Positions 10,931 through 23,770 of a DNA stretch of 61,683 nucleotides are shown piece by piece. Each line of letters starts with the position of its first letter. Position 1 is the stretch's first letter. Under the pieces are notes generated by a model. It saw only the letters and a list, made by a program, of their open reading frames with translations, did not search any database and had not been told where the DNA came from. The translations under genes and the position numbers were made by a program. Source of the stretch: Chiloscyllium plagiosum (Eukaryota); contig NC_057719.1 of NCBI RefSeq assembly GCF_004010195.1, positions 5,882,570 to 5,944,252 on the forward strand, given 5' to 3'.

Positions 10931-11345
10931 TATCCTTAATTATGTTATTAAATCTTCCTGAATAATTGTTTTTAGAAGTTCCCTCACCACTAAAGGTTAA
11001 GCTGACTGATCTGTAATTGCGAGGCCGATCTTTACAAATGTGTTCAAACAAAGACATAATGTTTGTAATCCTCCAGTCCTTTTGCACCACCCTGAATCCA
11101 AGGAAAATTGACGATTATTATCAATTGTTATTAGATTATTGCCAGTATCTTCACTGCTCCTTACACTACTACTATCCCAGACTATGTTTGGATCATTAAA
11201 GTCTGCCATTTTTAATGGTCAATGATGTTTACACGTCTTTGTAATTGCCTTCCAATTTATTTCTGCATATCCTCCCCACTAGTTGGTGGCATGTTGATCA
11301 TACCAAATAATGTCATTTCACCCATTTTATTAATAACTCCAGCTT

Positions 11346-11475
11346 AGGGAAGGCACGGTGGCTCAGTGGTTAGTACTGCTGCCTGACAACACCAGGGACC
11401 CAGGTTTGATTCCACCCTCAGGCAACTGTCTGTGTCTAGTTTGCACATTCTCCCAGTGGGTTTCTTCCAGGTACT
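11346..11475 (+). mobile_element. HE1-type SINE 5' fragment
   Basis: GGCACGGTGGCTCAGTGGTTAG head and start of the V-domain. Confidence 0.7.
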
Positions 11476-12104
11476 TTGGAAATCTATTGTCCTTAACCTG
11501 GTCTGGCTCCCATGTGGTTGACATGCAGTGTGGTTCACTCTGATCTATTCTGTCAATTAGCATAATAGGCTTCTCAGTTCAAGATGGACAAGAAAGATAT
11601 GCCTTACCAGTGACACACACATCCCATGAACGATTCAAATATCTTCGTTCTGAATGGTGTGTTATTATGACTCTGAATGATGGATTGTTGTAGGTCACAA
11701 CAGTTTATATCTAAGATGGACAAAATTAGCAAAGTGGACCAGAGGTTGGTATTTTCTGCATTAATACATTGCTCATTGTATCTGTAATAGTAAAATTAAT
11801 CATTACTTAATTAGTTTCTCTTCTAAGTTAAGGCTGTTGAGAATGGTATAGGTGAAAGTTAATGCACTGAAATATTCATGAGCTGCTGAATAAAACACCT
11901 GACTGATGTTATAATTGGTTATGCATCCTTTAATTTATGATAATAAATGACTTCTGTCTCGTGTCATTTACAGCAACAATGTAATTACCTCTTGGGACTA
12001 AGGGAACAGCTCTAATGTTTCAAGTGATAATTTCAACTTTTCAGTTACAAGCAGCAGCTTCCCCTCCCTCATTAATTTTTGGCTTACTCTCTTACTTGAC
12101 TGAC

Positions 12105-12385
12105 TGAGTTGACATCACTCTTAATCTGAGTCAGAAGGTTGAAGGTTCAAGTTCTCTTCTGGAATCCTGAACAGATATTCCAGGCAGGTATCCCAGTGCA
12201 TGGAGTGCTGCGCTATCGTGAGGTGCCGTTCTTCAGCTGAAATATTAGATAGATTTTGTCTGTCTGTTCAAGATCATGATCATAAGTGGAGAGTTGGGAG
12301 TTCTCCTGACAATGTGGTCACCTTCACTAACATAACCAACTATTCATACTATTAGTGACTTGCTACAAACAAGTTGGCTAACACA
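12105..12385 (+). mobile_element. Ancient Deu-domain SINE (SacSINE1-like), decayed; related pieces ~4325-4500 (-), ~22570-22640, ~44520-44910, ~50630-51240 (-)
   Basis: CTGAGTCAGAAGGTTG.AGGTTCAAGT...GGAGTGCTGC...GAGGTGCCGT motif, recalled from the SacSINE1/AmnSINE Deu family. Confidence 0.55.
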
Positions 12386-12396
12386 ATCAACCATCA

Positions 12397-12582
12397 GGAG
12401 GAGAAAGTGAGGTCTGCAGATGCTGGAGATCAGAGATGGAAATGTGTTGCTGGAAAAGCGCAGCAGGTCAGGCAGCATCCAGGGAACAGGAGAATCGACT
12501 GAAGAAGGGCTAATGCCCGAAACGTCGATTCTCCTGTTCCCTAGATGCTGCCTGACCTGCTGCGCTTTTCCAGCAACACATT
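12397..12582. mobile_element. Fold-back PLE terminal element, TSD ACAATCAACCATCA
   Basis: TSD at 12383-12396 and 12583-12596. Inverted arms. One intact hammerhead core on +. Confidence 0.9.
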
Positions 12583-13009
12583 ACAATCAACCATCACAAA
12601 AGTTCACTGTCAGCATAACATTTTTAGGTTATTTGGAGAGGCATGATAAATGAACAAATCAAGGGAAGAATTAGCAAGGAATGTTCAAACCTGTAATTAA
12701 ACAGTACAAAAATAAATGTTAAAAGTTTAAATGTTTATCTGTGTGACATTGAAAGCATCAGGGTACATTTGAGCTCAGCAGGAATTGTCTGTGCACTTTT
12801 AACTTTTCCAAGGTTGAGTTATACCCTCATCAAAGGGTTTGGAACAATACTGCCTAAATTCATACACAAGTAGAATTGATATAAGAACATAAGTATTTGT
12901 TTGACATATGTTCTTAAGAAGTTATTAAAATTTATAATAAAGAACAGTAATCAGGCACTTTCAGTAGCTTAGCTAATCAGAAAGAATCAATAGTAAATCA
13001 CCATCAATT

Positions 13010-13235
13010 GATATAAGAACTAGGATCAAGAGTAGGCCATTTGGCTCCTCGAGCCTGCTCTGCCATTCAGTAAAATCATGAATGATCTTTTCGTAGACTC
13101 AGCTCCGCTTACCCACCCTCTCAACGTAACCCTTAATTCCTTCATTGTTCAAAAATACATCTACCTCAGCTTTAAAAACATTTTCTGAAGTAGTGTCAAC
13201 TACGTCACTGGGCAGGAAATTCCATTGATCATAAT
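13010..13235 (-). mobile_element. CR1 3' end fragment
   Basis: WNFLPSDVVDTTSENVFKAEVDVFL (ORF 13099..13281) is the CR1 ORF2 C-terminus, plus a TAAGAAC-type tail. Confidence 0.75.
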
Positions 13236-14552
13236 CATAAAAATGACATACTGAAGACCTTGTTATGGTATCATTGAGCACTCTAGTATGTTACTGAGAA
13301 GCCAGTATGTAACTAGCAAGGAATACAGAGTATTTTGTTGGATAATTAACTTTATGGATAATCGAATGCCTGATAATACAGTTCAGCCAAGCACTGGAAC
13401 TTTGCAATGTTGTCCAGATATTCTGATATTCGGATAATCGAGGTTACTCTGTATTTGAATTTTATAGGTCATGAAATTTACTAAACTGTTTTGGGTCTAC
13501 TACATACGGCTATGATGTTTATAAAACTAAACATGCAAAGAATATCAATATTAATACAAGACATTTTTTACAATAAAATTTGAAGGAAAATATAATCATG
13601 CCTAAAGAAGACCTTTGAAACAGCAGTGAGCAATCGTGTAAATAAAAAGAAGAGGTAATGGTAGACATGTTGTTTAATTATTTGATATCAGTCTTCACAA
13701 TGGAGGAAGAGGGAAATATAATTGAAATTCTAGAGAAATTAGCAAGGATTCTAACTTAATACTGTTAATGAAAGCAAGAGAACAGTATTAAAAAGAAAAT
13801 CAATGACATGAAAGACTTTTAAATCCCTGGGTTTGATTTTTCTCACCCAGGTTTTAAAGGAAGTAGATGAAAAATTCCAAGGGATGTAGCCATAATCTTC
13901 CAAACCTGCCTTAACTGTAGAATTTTCTTTTAGATATATGCCATAATTTGAAACAAGTGAGAAAAAGAAATGAGGAAAGTAGAGATCTGTTCATCGGACA
14001 TATGTTCTTGATAACTTATTAAAACTTATAATAAAGAACAGTAACTGAGCATTCTCAGTAATTTCAGCTCATCAGAAAAAATCAATAGTAAATCGCCATC
14101 ATGGTGAAGGTAGCAGTTACTGTCTAATTGTGCATTCAGTTGGAGGGAGAGTAGAATGGATCCAAACGAGTATTTTAAAGTAAAATACAATCAGTTTATG
14201 AAGACATGAAAATACCGTGCTAAAATGATTTAGCAAAATAGATTTAGGTTCAATAGCAATCCTGCCAGACATTTAAGGTATCATTAATGGAATAATTATA
14301 TTCCATGAGAAAGAAGAATTCCAAAGTGGGGGTAAACTAATAAAAGCATGTAATTATGCCAGGGTTGAAGGTTGGAAACTATACAAAAGACAGCAAAAAA
14401 TTATTAAGGCAGGAAACAGAGTATAAGGTAAATTAGTCAGAAATATGAAAGCAGGTAGTAAACTTTCCATAGACTTTTTAAAGAAGAAATTAGTTAAGGA
14501 AGTGAATATTGGTTCTTTAGAAAGTGAATCTGGGAAATTAATGATTGCAAAT

Positions 14553-15609
14553 AACCAACCGACTCCCACAGCTACCTGGACTACACCTCCTCCCATCCTG
14601 CCCCCTGTAAAAACGCTATCCCATTCTCCCCTCAGAGATCACTAGATAGCAGAAAATCCCTTTAATACTTCAAAGTACTCTTTTGGTATGATCCTAGATA
14701 TTGAATATTGTTAGATATTATTACTGGAGCGAATCATAGATTTACATTTAAATAGTTCCCATTTCTGTCTTTGTTCACTCCTTTCCTCAGCAATATTTTG
14801 TGTTTGATTTTGTCTACTTTCTGTGGTTTTATTTACCCTAATGAAGAAGAGCATATCTTCTCAACATCACAACTATTGATCTCACCCTGCTTGGCTGTTG
14901 TATGGAACCCCCTACGTGTTAACCCCTTAAAGCCAAATACATAACAATATTGTCAAATTTGATGGAATTTTAATGCATTTACTTTAGGGGAAATTTGGCA
15001 TGTTAATATGCTGCAGTTTTTCTTATCTGCGATGTTTTGTGTTATGTTGCTGAAAATATTACTGATGAAATACTTAGCAGTTGTAGTAAAATCATGCGTA
15101 TACTTAGGATGAAGAAGATTATGAGTACCACATATGCTTGGTCCAGTTCTTGTTGGATTCATTTGGATATCAAAGTTGAAACTTTATTGCTGGAACAGCA
15201 CAGCAGGTCAGGCAGCATCCAGGGAACAGGAGATTCGACGTTTCGGGCACAGGCCCTTCTTCAGGAATGAGCAGAGAGTGTTCAGCAGGAGAAGATAAAA
15301 GGTAGGGAGGAGGGACTTGGAGGAGGGGCGTTGGAAATGTGATAGGTGGAAAGAGCTCCATCCTACTCCGACCTATCACCCTCACCTTGACCTCTTTCCA
15401 CCTATCACATTTCCAACGCCCCTCCTCCAAGTCCCTCCTCCCTACCTTTTATCTTCTCCTGCTGAACACTCTCTGCTCATTCCTGAAGAAGGGCCTGTGC
15501 CCGAAACGTCGAATCTCCTGTTCCCTGGATGCTGCCTGACCTGCTGTGCTGTTCCAGCAATAAAGTTTCAACTTTGATCTCCAGCATCTGCAGACCTCAC
15601 TTTCTCCTC
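14553..15609 (+). mobile_element. Composite PLE insertion: RT fragment (14553-14629) + 539 bp captured DNA (14630-15168) + fold-back terminus (15169-15609)
   Basis: 14553-14629 encodes PTDSHSYLDYTSSHPAPCKNAIPFS, homologous to 30895-30975. 14630-15168 is the reverse complement of 3452-3990. Inverted arms carry hammerhead cores at ~15233-15268 (-) and ~15479-15514 (+). Confidence 0.85.
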
Positions 15610-15759
15610 ATAGATCAATTAAACAAAGAATTTGCATCTGTCTTCCCTATAGAGAATACAGTAACATCTGAGAAATAGCTGTGAATCTGGAAGTTGCAGG
15701 AAGGGAGAAACTCGAGAAAATTACAATCACCGAGGAAGTGATACTGAGTAAATTTTAAA

Positions 15760-16052
15760 TTACATTACATTACAGTATAGAAACAGGCCCTTCGGCCCAA
15801 CAAGTCCACACCGACCCGACGAAGCGCAACCCACCCATACCCCTACATTTACCCCTTACCTAACACTACGGGCAATTTAACATGGCCAATTCACCTGAGC
15901 TGCACATCTTTGGACTGGGAGGAAACCGGAGCACCCGGAGGAAACCCACGCAGACACGGGGAGAACGTGCAAACTCCACACAGACAGTCGCCTGAGGTGG
16001 GAATTGAACCCGGGTCTCTGGCAGTGCTAACCACTGTGCCACCGTGCCGCCC
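15760..16052 (-). mobile_element. HE1-type SINE
   Basis: Reverse complement of the 7080-7402 family with (TACAT)n tail. Confidence 0.9.
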
Positions 16053-16879
16053 ACTAAATTGCTGGAGCTGTGGCCTGACAGGTCACTGGGTCTCAATGGA
16101 TTTTAACCAAAGGGTCTTAAAAGAAATGGTTAGTGAGATAGTTGATGCATTGGTTTTCATTTTCTAAATTCTCTTTATTTGGAGAAGATTCCATTAGATT
16201 GGAAAGTAGTGAGTATAACACTCTTATTCAGAAAGGGAGGTAGACGTAAGGCCGAATGCTGCCGAATCTGTTATAGGGAAGGTGTTATAGGAGAACACTG
16301 CAAGTTATATCAGGCAGAGTCACCAAGGTTTTGCAAAAGGGAAGACATGTTAACCAATTTATTAGAGTTCTTTGGGGAAGTAACATTTGCTAAAGATAAA
16401 GGGAAACCAATCAGTCTATTATGCTTAGATGTTTAGAAAGTATTTAATCAAGTGTCATATCAAAAGTTATCGTAGAAAATAAAAGCTTATGGGGTGGAAG
16501 GTGACATAATAGCATGGTAGGATGTTAATGAAGTGGCATGTTACTGGATGAAAGATTCCAGAGGCTAGTGCTCTGGGAACATGGGTTCATAATCCTCTGT
16601 GTCTGCTGGTAAAATTTAATTCTATTTATTTAGTCTGGAATTTGTGACGATTAAACTAAAAGGACAGGGACCTGAAGGTTAGCTCAGGATGGAAGGAAGT
16701 AAGCTGATAAAATGAAAAAAAAATTTGGCTTGTGAAATTAGAAGGCATGCAAAACAAAGGGGAGCATCAACGAGTCTTAGAATGTGGAATAATATTGAAG
16801 AGACAAAGCTAATGGCACCATACTGACTGAACACAGTATGTGTAACATGATTTGAAGGAAGAAATATAATGGTGTATGG

Positions 16880-18650
16880 GCCGTGGCATTAATTAGATTA
16901 GAGAAGGCATTTAGCATGGATGATGCAGTAATCATGGGTGATTTAAACTACATATTGACTGGGTAGACTAAGTGAGCACTGATGTTGTGGAGAATGAGTT
17001 TCTGGAGTGTGAGAGGAATGGTTTTCTGGTGTTGTGTAATGGAAAGCAGTAATTAATAATCTTAACCTTTTTTTAAACAAAAAAAGTTGTAAGTGTGAAT
17101 GACTATAAGCTGGTGGAATTCTGCATTATGTTTGATCGTGAGATAGTTTAATCTAAAGCCAGGCTATTAAACTTGAATAAAAGAAAATTATGAAGTGGTG
17201 AAGGGAACATTGGATGAGATGGATTAGGGTGCCATATTAAAAGGTATAACAATACATATGCTATAGATAATCATTAAGGAATTAGTACATAGCTTACAAC
17301 AATTATACAGTCTCAAGACTCAAAAATCAAAATAAGTCAGTCAACCATAGCTAGCAAAATAAGTTAAGGATTGTACAAGATTTTAAATATGCTCATAAAA
17401 TTGTCAGAAATAGTAATACAGCTGAGGAATGGAAGGATTTTTTGATGCACCAAAAGATGATGAAACTGTTAAAACAAGTGAGAAATGAGATATGAATATC
17501 AATAGCAAAGCACTTAAAAGTGGACTGTAAAAGCTTCAACATGCACATAAAAATGAAGTGTTTCGCTAAAACAAATCTGGGTCCAGTGCAGAGTTGAAAA
17601 ACATTTTAATAGGGAATAAAGAAATGACAGAAAAGCTAAGTGATTACTTTGCATCAGTGTTGACTGAAAAAAACACAAACAACCACCCAAAATTAGTATC
17701 TAGTGATCATGTAGAATGAGGAATTGAGGGAAAATTGCTATTAGTACGAAGAACGTGTTGGAGAGTTTAATACGACTGAATGTTGATATGCCTGTCGGAT
17801 GAATGTGCACTCTAATGTTCTTAGCAGCTGCATGAGCCTCCAATGCCCATGCATGGCAGTGACTTCCAGAATCAGTGCCGATTTCGGCATGGTGCTCCAA
17901 CACAACTGCACAGCTTAAAGGGAACATTGTTCTCTATCCCAGGGTGTTGAAAGAAATAGCAATGGTGTTGATAGATACAGTGATGATCATCTTCAAATAT
18001 TTGTAAATTCAAGGGAAACAAATGTTATCGCATTACTTTAAAGACAGGGAAATAGAAACCTATTTGTGTTGCATCAGTAGGAGGGAAAGCACTAGAATCT
18101 ATTACAAGGGTTATGATAAATTTACACTTGGATAATCATTCAGATTGGGAATGGTCAGTGTGGATTTGTGAGTGGTAGAGTGTGTTTGGAAAGCCTGTTG
18201 GTACTGTTAGAATTGATAAAGGGGAGTGAGTGGACTTTGTATATATGGATTTTAGGCGGGCAATTATTAAAGTCCCCCCCCACAAAAGGTTGGTTAACAA
18301 AATTTAATGCATGGAATAAGAGGTAATGTACTGATGTGGATTAAGGATTGGCTAATAGGCAGATGACAGAATAGAAATAAATAGATTTCTCTCATATTGG
18401 CAAACTGGGGTACTTCAAGTATCATTCTTGGACATGCATAGCATCTATCAATGATTTGAATGAGAGGATGAAATATATTATTTCAAAGTTTGCAGAATTC
18501 ATGAAAATAAATGCGAATGTGAGGAAGATATAAAGCAGCTTCAAGAGATTTTAGCAGTCAACTTTTACAGTCGACAAGAACATGGCAAATGGAAAATTAT
18601 GTGAAAATTGTGAGGTTTAACTTCTTTGCTGGAAAGAACAGATGTGCTCA
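16880..18650 (+). mobile_element. Highly decayed CR1 ORF2 remnant
   Basis: Recognisable nucleotide motifs (GTAATCATGGGTGATTTAAAC, AATGATTTG...TCAAAGTTTGCAGA) without an open frame. Confidence 0.55.
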
Positions 18651-18732
18651 GTGTTGGGAACGCTTATACTTATGTGCATTGGAATATAAACCTATTGGGA
18701 CATTGGAATATAAACCTAGGTTGAGAAGGACT

Positions 18733-19679
18733 TGTCATGTGATTTCTTGGAACTGATAAGTCAAAATGTTAAAGGAAATTTTAAACAAGTAATTTTGGAA
18801 AGCAATGTCCAGCAATGTTGTTCAGCAGACAGACCAGGAAAACCCCAATGGATCTATACTGCCATCACCCAGCAACAGCCTCTGAGCAGAATTACTAAGT
18901 CTTTTTCCCAGACCATGCCTCAAGGCTGTGAACATATGCTGGAGAAGTTTTTACGGTCAAGCAGTACTGTCTCTCAGTAAGAGTCAAAGCTTGGACCCAA
19001 AAGAAGTGCCATACCAATCTCTCTCAGTGAAATAGTTTGAAAAGAAAGCTAATAAACTTTCAGAAAAAAGAATTCTGAATTGTTTCTCAGCTGAATCTGA
19101 AATCTGTTCTAAAGCTTTTCCAAGAATCTTTGACTGTCAGCAATCAGATCTCATGAACAGGAATTCAAAGGAACCCGACTTTGTCAACTGAATTTGCCCC
19201 TTTATCTAAGAGCTATTGCTTTTATTCCTTTTTTGTTGAGTTTTTTTTCGCCTACCCATAATAATAACACTGTGGTCATGTATGTCTGTTTTCCTGTCTG
19301 TGTGCAAAGGGGTGTGTGTTTGGGATTGAGGGATATAATTTAGTTTGCATAATAGTTTTGTTAATAACCAGTTTTCTACTTTACTGAAGAATACTTTTAC
19401 CTCTCATAAATGTGTTTTTTTTTAGTTTATTGAAAAGCCTGGTAGAAGTCTCTTTTTGTTCTAGATGGTACATACCACTAATAGTAAGCATCTGTGGTGG
19501 GGGAGTGGATGATTGTGGGTGTGGCCCCAATCAAGTGACTGCTTTATCCTGGATGGTGTAAGGAGTAGTAAGGTGAAACAACTTGACTAATAATTGAATA
19601 AGGCATCTACACTTTTGGTGTGGCTCGTGGAATAATGGGGCTTGATTTCCAGCTCACTCTTCCCACTGGAGTTGTAACA
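18733..19679. mobile_element. Possible solo LTR
   Basis: Begins TGTCA, ends GTTGTAACA, interrupts a CR1 remnant. No TSD verified. Confidence 0.3.
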
Positions 19680-20815
19680 AGATTATTCCATAAATGGTAA
19701 AATGTTCGAGGCTGTAGATGTGTAAAGAGATTGGGTGTCTGCATCAGTAAGTCACTGAAGAAAGCAGGTGCAGTAGGCAATCAGAAAGGTGAATGGTATG
19801 CCAGAATATAGACATTACTGGCTATGCCAGCATTTTACCCATCCTTAATTGCTTAGAAGGCAATTAAGAGTCAAAGATATTGTTGATCTGGAGTCATTAT
19901 GGGTCAGATTGGGTAAGGGTGATAAATTTCTTTCCCTAAAGAACAAAGATCAGTCAGATGCATTTATGCAGCAATCAACATCAATTGCTATTAGCGTAGC
20001 TTTTCATTCCAGAATTTAACTGAATTTGAATTTCACCATCTGCTGGTTTCTCCAGAACATTAGCCTGGGGTTCTGCCTAATTCATATGTTTTGTGTGCAG
20101 TTTACAATAGGGAAGTTATGTCTAATAAATCTAACTTAACTTTTGAGGAAGTAAGTCTTCTACCATTGACCATTGGGAGAAGACCATAGAGACATTGGAT
20201 AATGATATCACACAAGGATTTGTGCTGGGACCTCAACTATCAATTATATTTATCAATGATTTAGATTTTTTTAATTTAACCTATTTTTCTAATGATTCTG
20301 TTCAGAGATGTTATTACACAGCCATGGAACAGGTGGGACTTGAACCCAGGCCTTCTGGTCCAGGGGTAGGGACATTACCACTGTGCCACAAGCGGGTCTG
20401 ATATCAATGAGTTAGATAACATGAACACAAATTGGAAACTGAAATAGACCATTCGACCCCCACAAGAAAATTGTGCCTAATTTATTGTGTTTTGAATACC
20501 ACAGTCCAATATATCCTTATAAATCTTTGATTCTCTCATCTAATAGGTTTGCCATTGGCACAAAGATTGGTGACATTGTATGTAGTGTAATGGAGCCATA
20601 AATTTGCAAAGCTACATTGATGAATGAACTGGTAAAACTAGCAGAGGACTTTCTGTACATTTAAGTGAAAAATTATTCATCTTGTTCATAAATCTTTACA
20701 CTGAATGAGGACATAAACTTAAAATCAAAGGCAGGCCATTCAGGAGAGAGGTTAGAAAATGTTCAGCACCATTCACAACTCCTCAAATACTGAAACAGTC
20801 TCTGTTCAAATGAAG

Positions 20816-21002
20816 GAGAAAGTGAGGTCTGCAGATGCTGGAGATCAGAGCTGGAAATGTGTTGCTGGAAAAGCGCAGCAGGTCAGGTAGCATCCAGGGA
20901 ACAGGAGAATCGATGTTAGAAGGGCTTATGCCCGAAACGTCGATTCTCCTGTTCCCTGGATGCTGCCTGACCTGCTGCGCTTTTCCAGCAATACATTTCC
21001 AG
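20816..21002. mobile_element. Fold-back PLE terminal element, TSD CTCTGTTCAAATGAAG
   Basis: TSD at 20800-20815 and 21003-21018. Inverted arms joined within the hammerhead core. Confidence 0.9.
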
Positions 21003-22014
21003 CTCTGTTCAAATGAAGCAAGACCTGAACAAAATTCATGTTTGGGTTGAAACTTGGCAAATAACATTCACGCCATACAAATGCCAGGCAATGATCATTT
21101 CTAAGAAGAGAAATTCTGACTGTATACATTGACGTTCAGTGATATTTCAATGACTGGATCCCCCCACTATCAACTTCCTAAGATTTACTGTTGACCAGAA
21201 ACTGGACCAACCATATAAATACAGTGACTACAAGAGGAGGTTAAAGGCTAGGAGTCCTGTAATAAGCAACTCATCCCTTGGTTCCCAAAGTCTGTCCACC
21301 ATCTACAAGGGACAAATCAAGAGCATAGTGGGATGCTTTCTCCTTTCCTGGATAGATGCAGCTCTATCAGCATTCAAGAAGCTTGATACCATCCAGGACA
21401 AAGTAGCCACCTGATTTGGGGCCACATCCACAATTATCCACTCCACCACTGATGCTTACTATTCGTGGTATGTACCATCTGCCTCTTGCAAAATTTCACC
21501 AAAGGTCCTTCACCAGCATTTCCAAGCCAACAACAGCTTCCATCGAGAAGGACAAGGGCAGCAGATACATGAGAACACTATCACTGCAATTTTCTTTCCA
21601 AGCTATTCAGCATTCTGATTTGGAACAATCCAATGACACTGAATCAAGACATAAAACTTCCCTGGCATGGTGGGTCTCCCTACAGCACATGGACTGCATT
21701 GGTTCAAGAAGACAGATTACCACCTTCTCAAGGGCAGCTAGGGGCAGGGAATGCACCCACATCCAATGGGGGAATTAAAAAAAACACTTGTTCCTTCAAA
21801 GCATTATAGATATGTGGAACTCTCCCATAAATTCAGATTTAAATTCATTGAGATCACATCTCTACCATCGGGGAGAAGGTACAGAAGCCTGAACACGTGC
21901 ACCAGCCAGTTTCACAACAGTTTCTATCCTACTGTTGTTAGCATACTGAATGGACTCTCAAACTCTTAGCATGTGATCTCAATGAATTTAAATCTGAGAT
22001 GAACAGTTTCTTAA

Positions 22015-22235
22015 ACAAAAACAGAAATTGCTAGAGAAACTTGGCCAGTCTAGCACGATCTTGGAAAGAAACAGAGTTAGCATTTCGAGTCCAGTGATCC
22101 TTCAGTGTTCTGAAGAAGGGTCACTGGACTCTAAACATTAATTGTTTCTTTCTCCACAGATGCCGTCAGACCTGCTGAGCTTCTGACAATTTCTGTTTTT
22201 CAGTTTCAGATTTCCAGTATCTGCAGTTCTTTATT
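22015..22235. mobile_element. Older-family fold-back PLE terminal element (similar: 25145-25750, 27880-28060, 45590-45760, 46362-46550, 51390-51570; single arms 32035-32110, 57325-57455)
   Basis: AAACAGAAATTGCT...TCCAGTGATCCTTCAG followed by its reverse complement CTGAAGAAGGGTCACTGGA...ATTTCTGTTTT. Confidence 0.75.
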
Positions 22236-22675
22236 TTATTTTAGTTTTAATGGTGTCTTTTTAGCCAAGGTTATCAAATGATCTAGAGCCAAGTCATGTG
22301 AATAGAAGCAGAATATACACATCAGCCATTATCTCATTGAATTGTGTTAAGGGCTCAAGGGGCTGAATAGCTGGGCAATGATGAAGGGCTTTTGCCTGAA
22401 ATGTTGATTTTCCTCGGATGCTGCCTGACCGGCTGTGCTTTTCCAGCACCACACTAATCTAGAGCTGAACAGCTGTCAATGATTCTAAAGCTAAGTGCTT
22501 CAAATCTTAGATTATTGAGAGATTATCATGAGAAATACTAATGCTCTATAGAACCTTCCTGCAAATAATTTGAGTTAGAATTTTCTAAGTCGGAAGATTG
22601 AGTTTCAAGTTCCATTCCAGAGACTTGCGTGCAATGCCATCTTTAATTGTTGTTTGTGGGTCTTGGCTAGATGGA

Positions 22676-23180
22676 AATTGAATTGAATTTATTGTCACGT
22701 GTACTGAGGCACAGTGAAAAGCTTTGTCTTGCGAGCAATACAGGCTGATCACAGAGTTAGGTAGCATAGATAAATAAATAATAAGTAAACAGCAGCAAAA
22801 ACAAAAGCACAGGTACAGGCGAATGCTAAGAGTTTGAGAGTCCATTCAGTATTCTAACAACAGTAGGATAGAAACTGTTGTGAAACTGGCTGGTGCATAT
22901 ATTCAGGCTTCTGTACCTTCTCCCTGATGGTAGAGGTTGTCGAAAAGCATTGCCAGGGTGGGATGGATCTTTGAGAATGCTGGCGTCCTTTCCTTGACAG
23001 CGGGTCTGGTAGATGGTTTCTATAGATGGGAAGTTGGCCTTTGTGATTGTCTGGGCTGAGTTCACCTCTCTCTGAAACCGTCTCCGATCTTGAATGGTAC
23101 AGTTGCCATACCAGGTGGTGATACATCCAGACATAAGGCTCTCGATGACGCACCTATAAAAGTTGGCAAGGGTATTCGCA
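22676..23180 (-). mobile_element. Rex1/Babar-clade LINE 3' fragment
   Basis: ORF 22826..23290: FYRCVIESLMSGCITTWYGNC...DPSHPG...PLPSGRRYRSL, the Rex1/Babar C-terminal signature. (TTCAA)n tail at 22676-22690. Confidence 0.85.
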
Positions 23181-23682
23181 GTCTGATGTGTTTCCTGACT
23201 TAAAACAGTGGCTGTACTTAAAAAGCACTTAATTTGCTGTAAAGTGCTTTGGGGCATCCTGAAAAGCAGTGAGGCATGGTGTGAATACAAGTTTTTCTTT
23301 AATTAATACGTTCCTAGACTCCCTTATAAATATTAATAGGAACTTCATGCAGTTACTACTTACACAACTATCCCGTAAATAGCAATGTGAGAAAGAACTG
23401 ATATTTTTCTTACCTTGGTTGAAGGATGAATGTTGTAGAAATATTGTGAACTTGACAAGGAGCTAGGTTGCTGGAAGGGGGTTTAAATGGCAGGTGACAT
23501 TTAATGCAGAGAAGTGTGAAATAATTCAATTCAGTAGAAAGAATACAGAGACGCTATAAAACAAAAGGGTGCAATTCTGAAAGAGATGCAAGAGCAAAGG
23601 GACCGGAATGTACTTGTGCTTAAATCATTAATGTTGATATGTTGGGTTGATACAGCAGATAATAGACAAAAAGCTCTTAGAC

Positions 23683-23770
23683 TTTTGATGAAGGAGCAGT
23701 GCTCCAAAAGCTAGTACTTCCAAATGAACCTGTTGGACTGTAACCTGGTATTGTGTGATTTTTAACTTGT
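23683..23770 (+). mobile_element. Terminal fragment of a third PLE family with a degenerate hammerhead core
   Basis: TTGATGA-AGGAGC-AGT-GCTCC-AAAA-GCTAG: stem II intact, core positions mutated. Confidence 0.5.

Larger units (their letters stand above)
13640..16520 (+). mobile_element. Old decayed CR1 ORF2 remnants, interrupted by the 14553-15609 insertion and a SINE
   Basis: Track ORFs 14445 (VKEVNIGSLESESGKLMI), 15910 (RVLKEMVSEIVDALVFIF) and 16179 (IPLDWKVVSITLLFRKG, LTNLLEFFGEVT). Confidence 0.7.
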
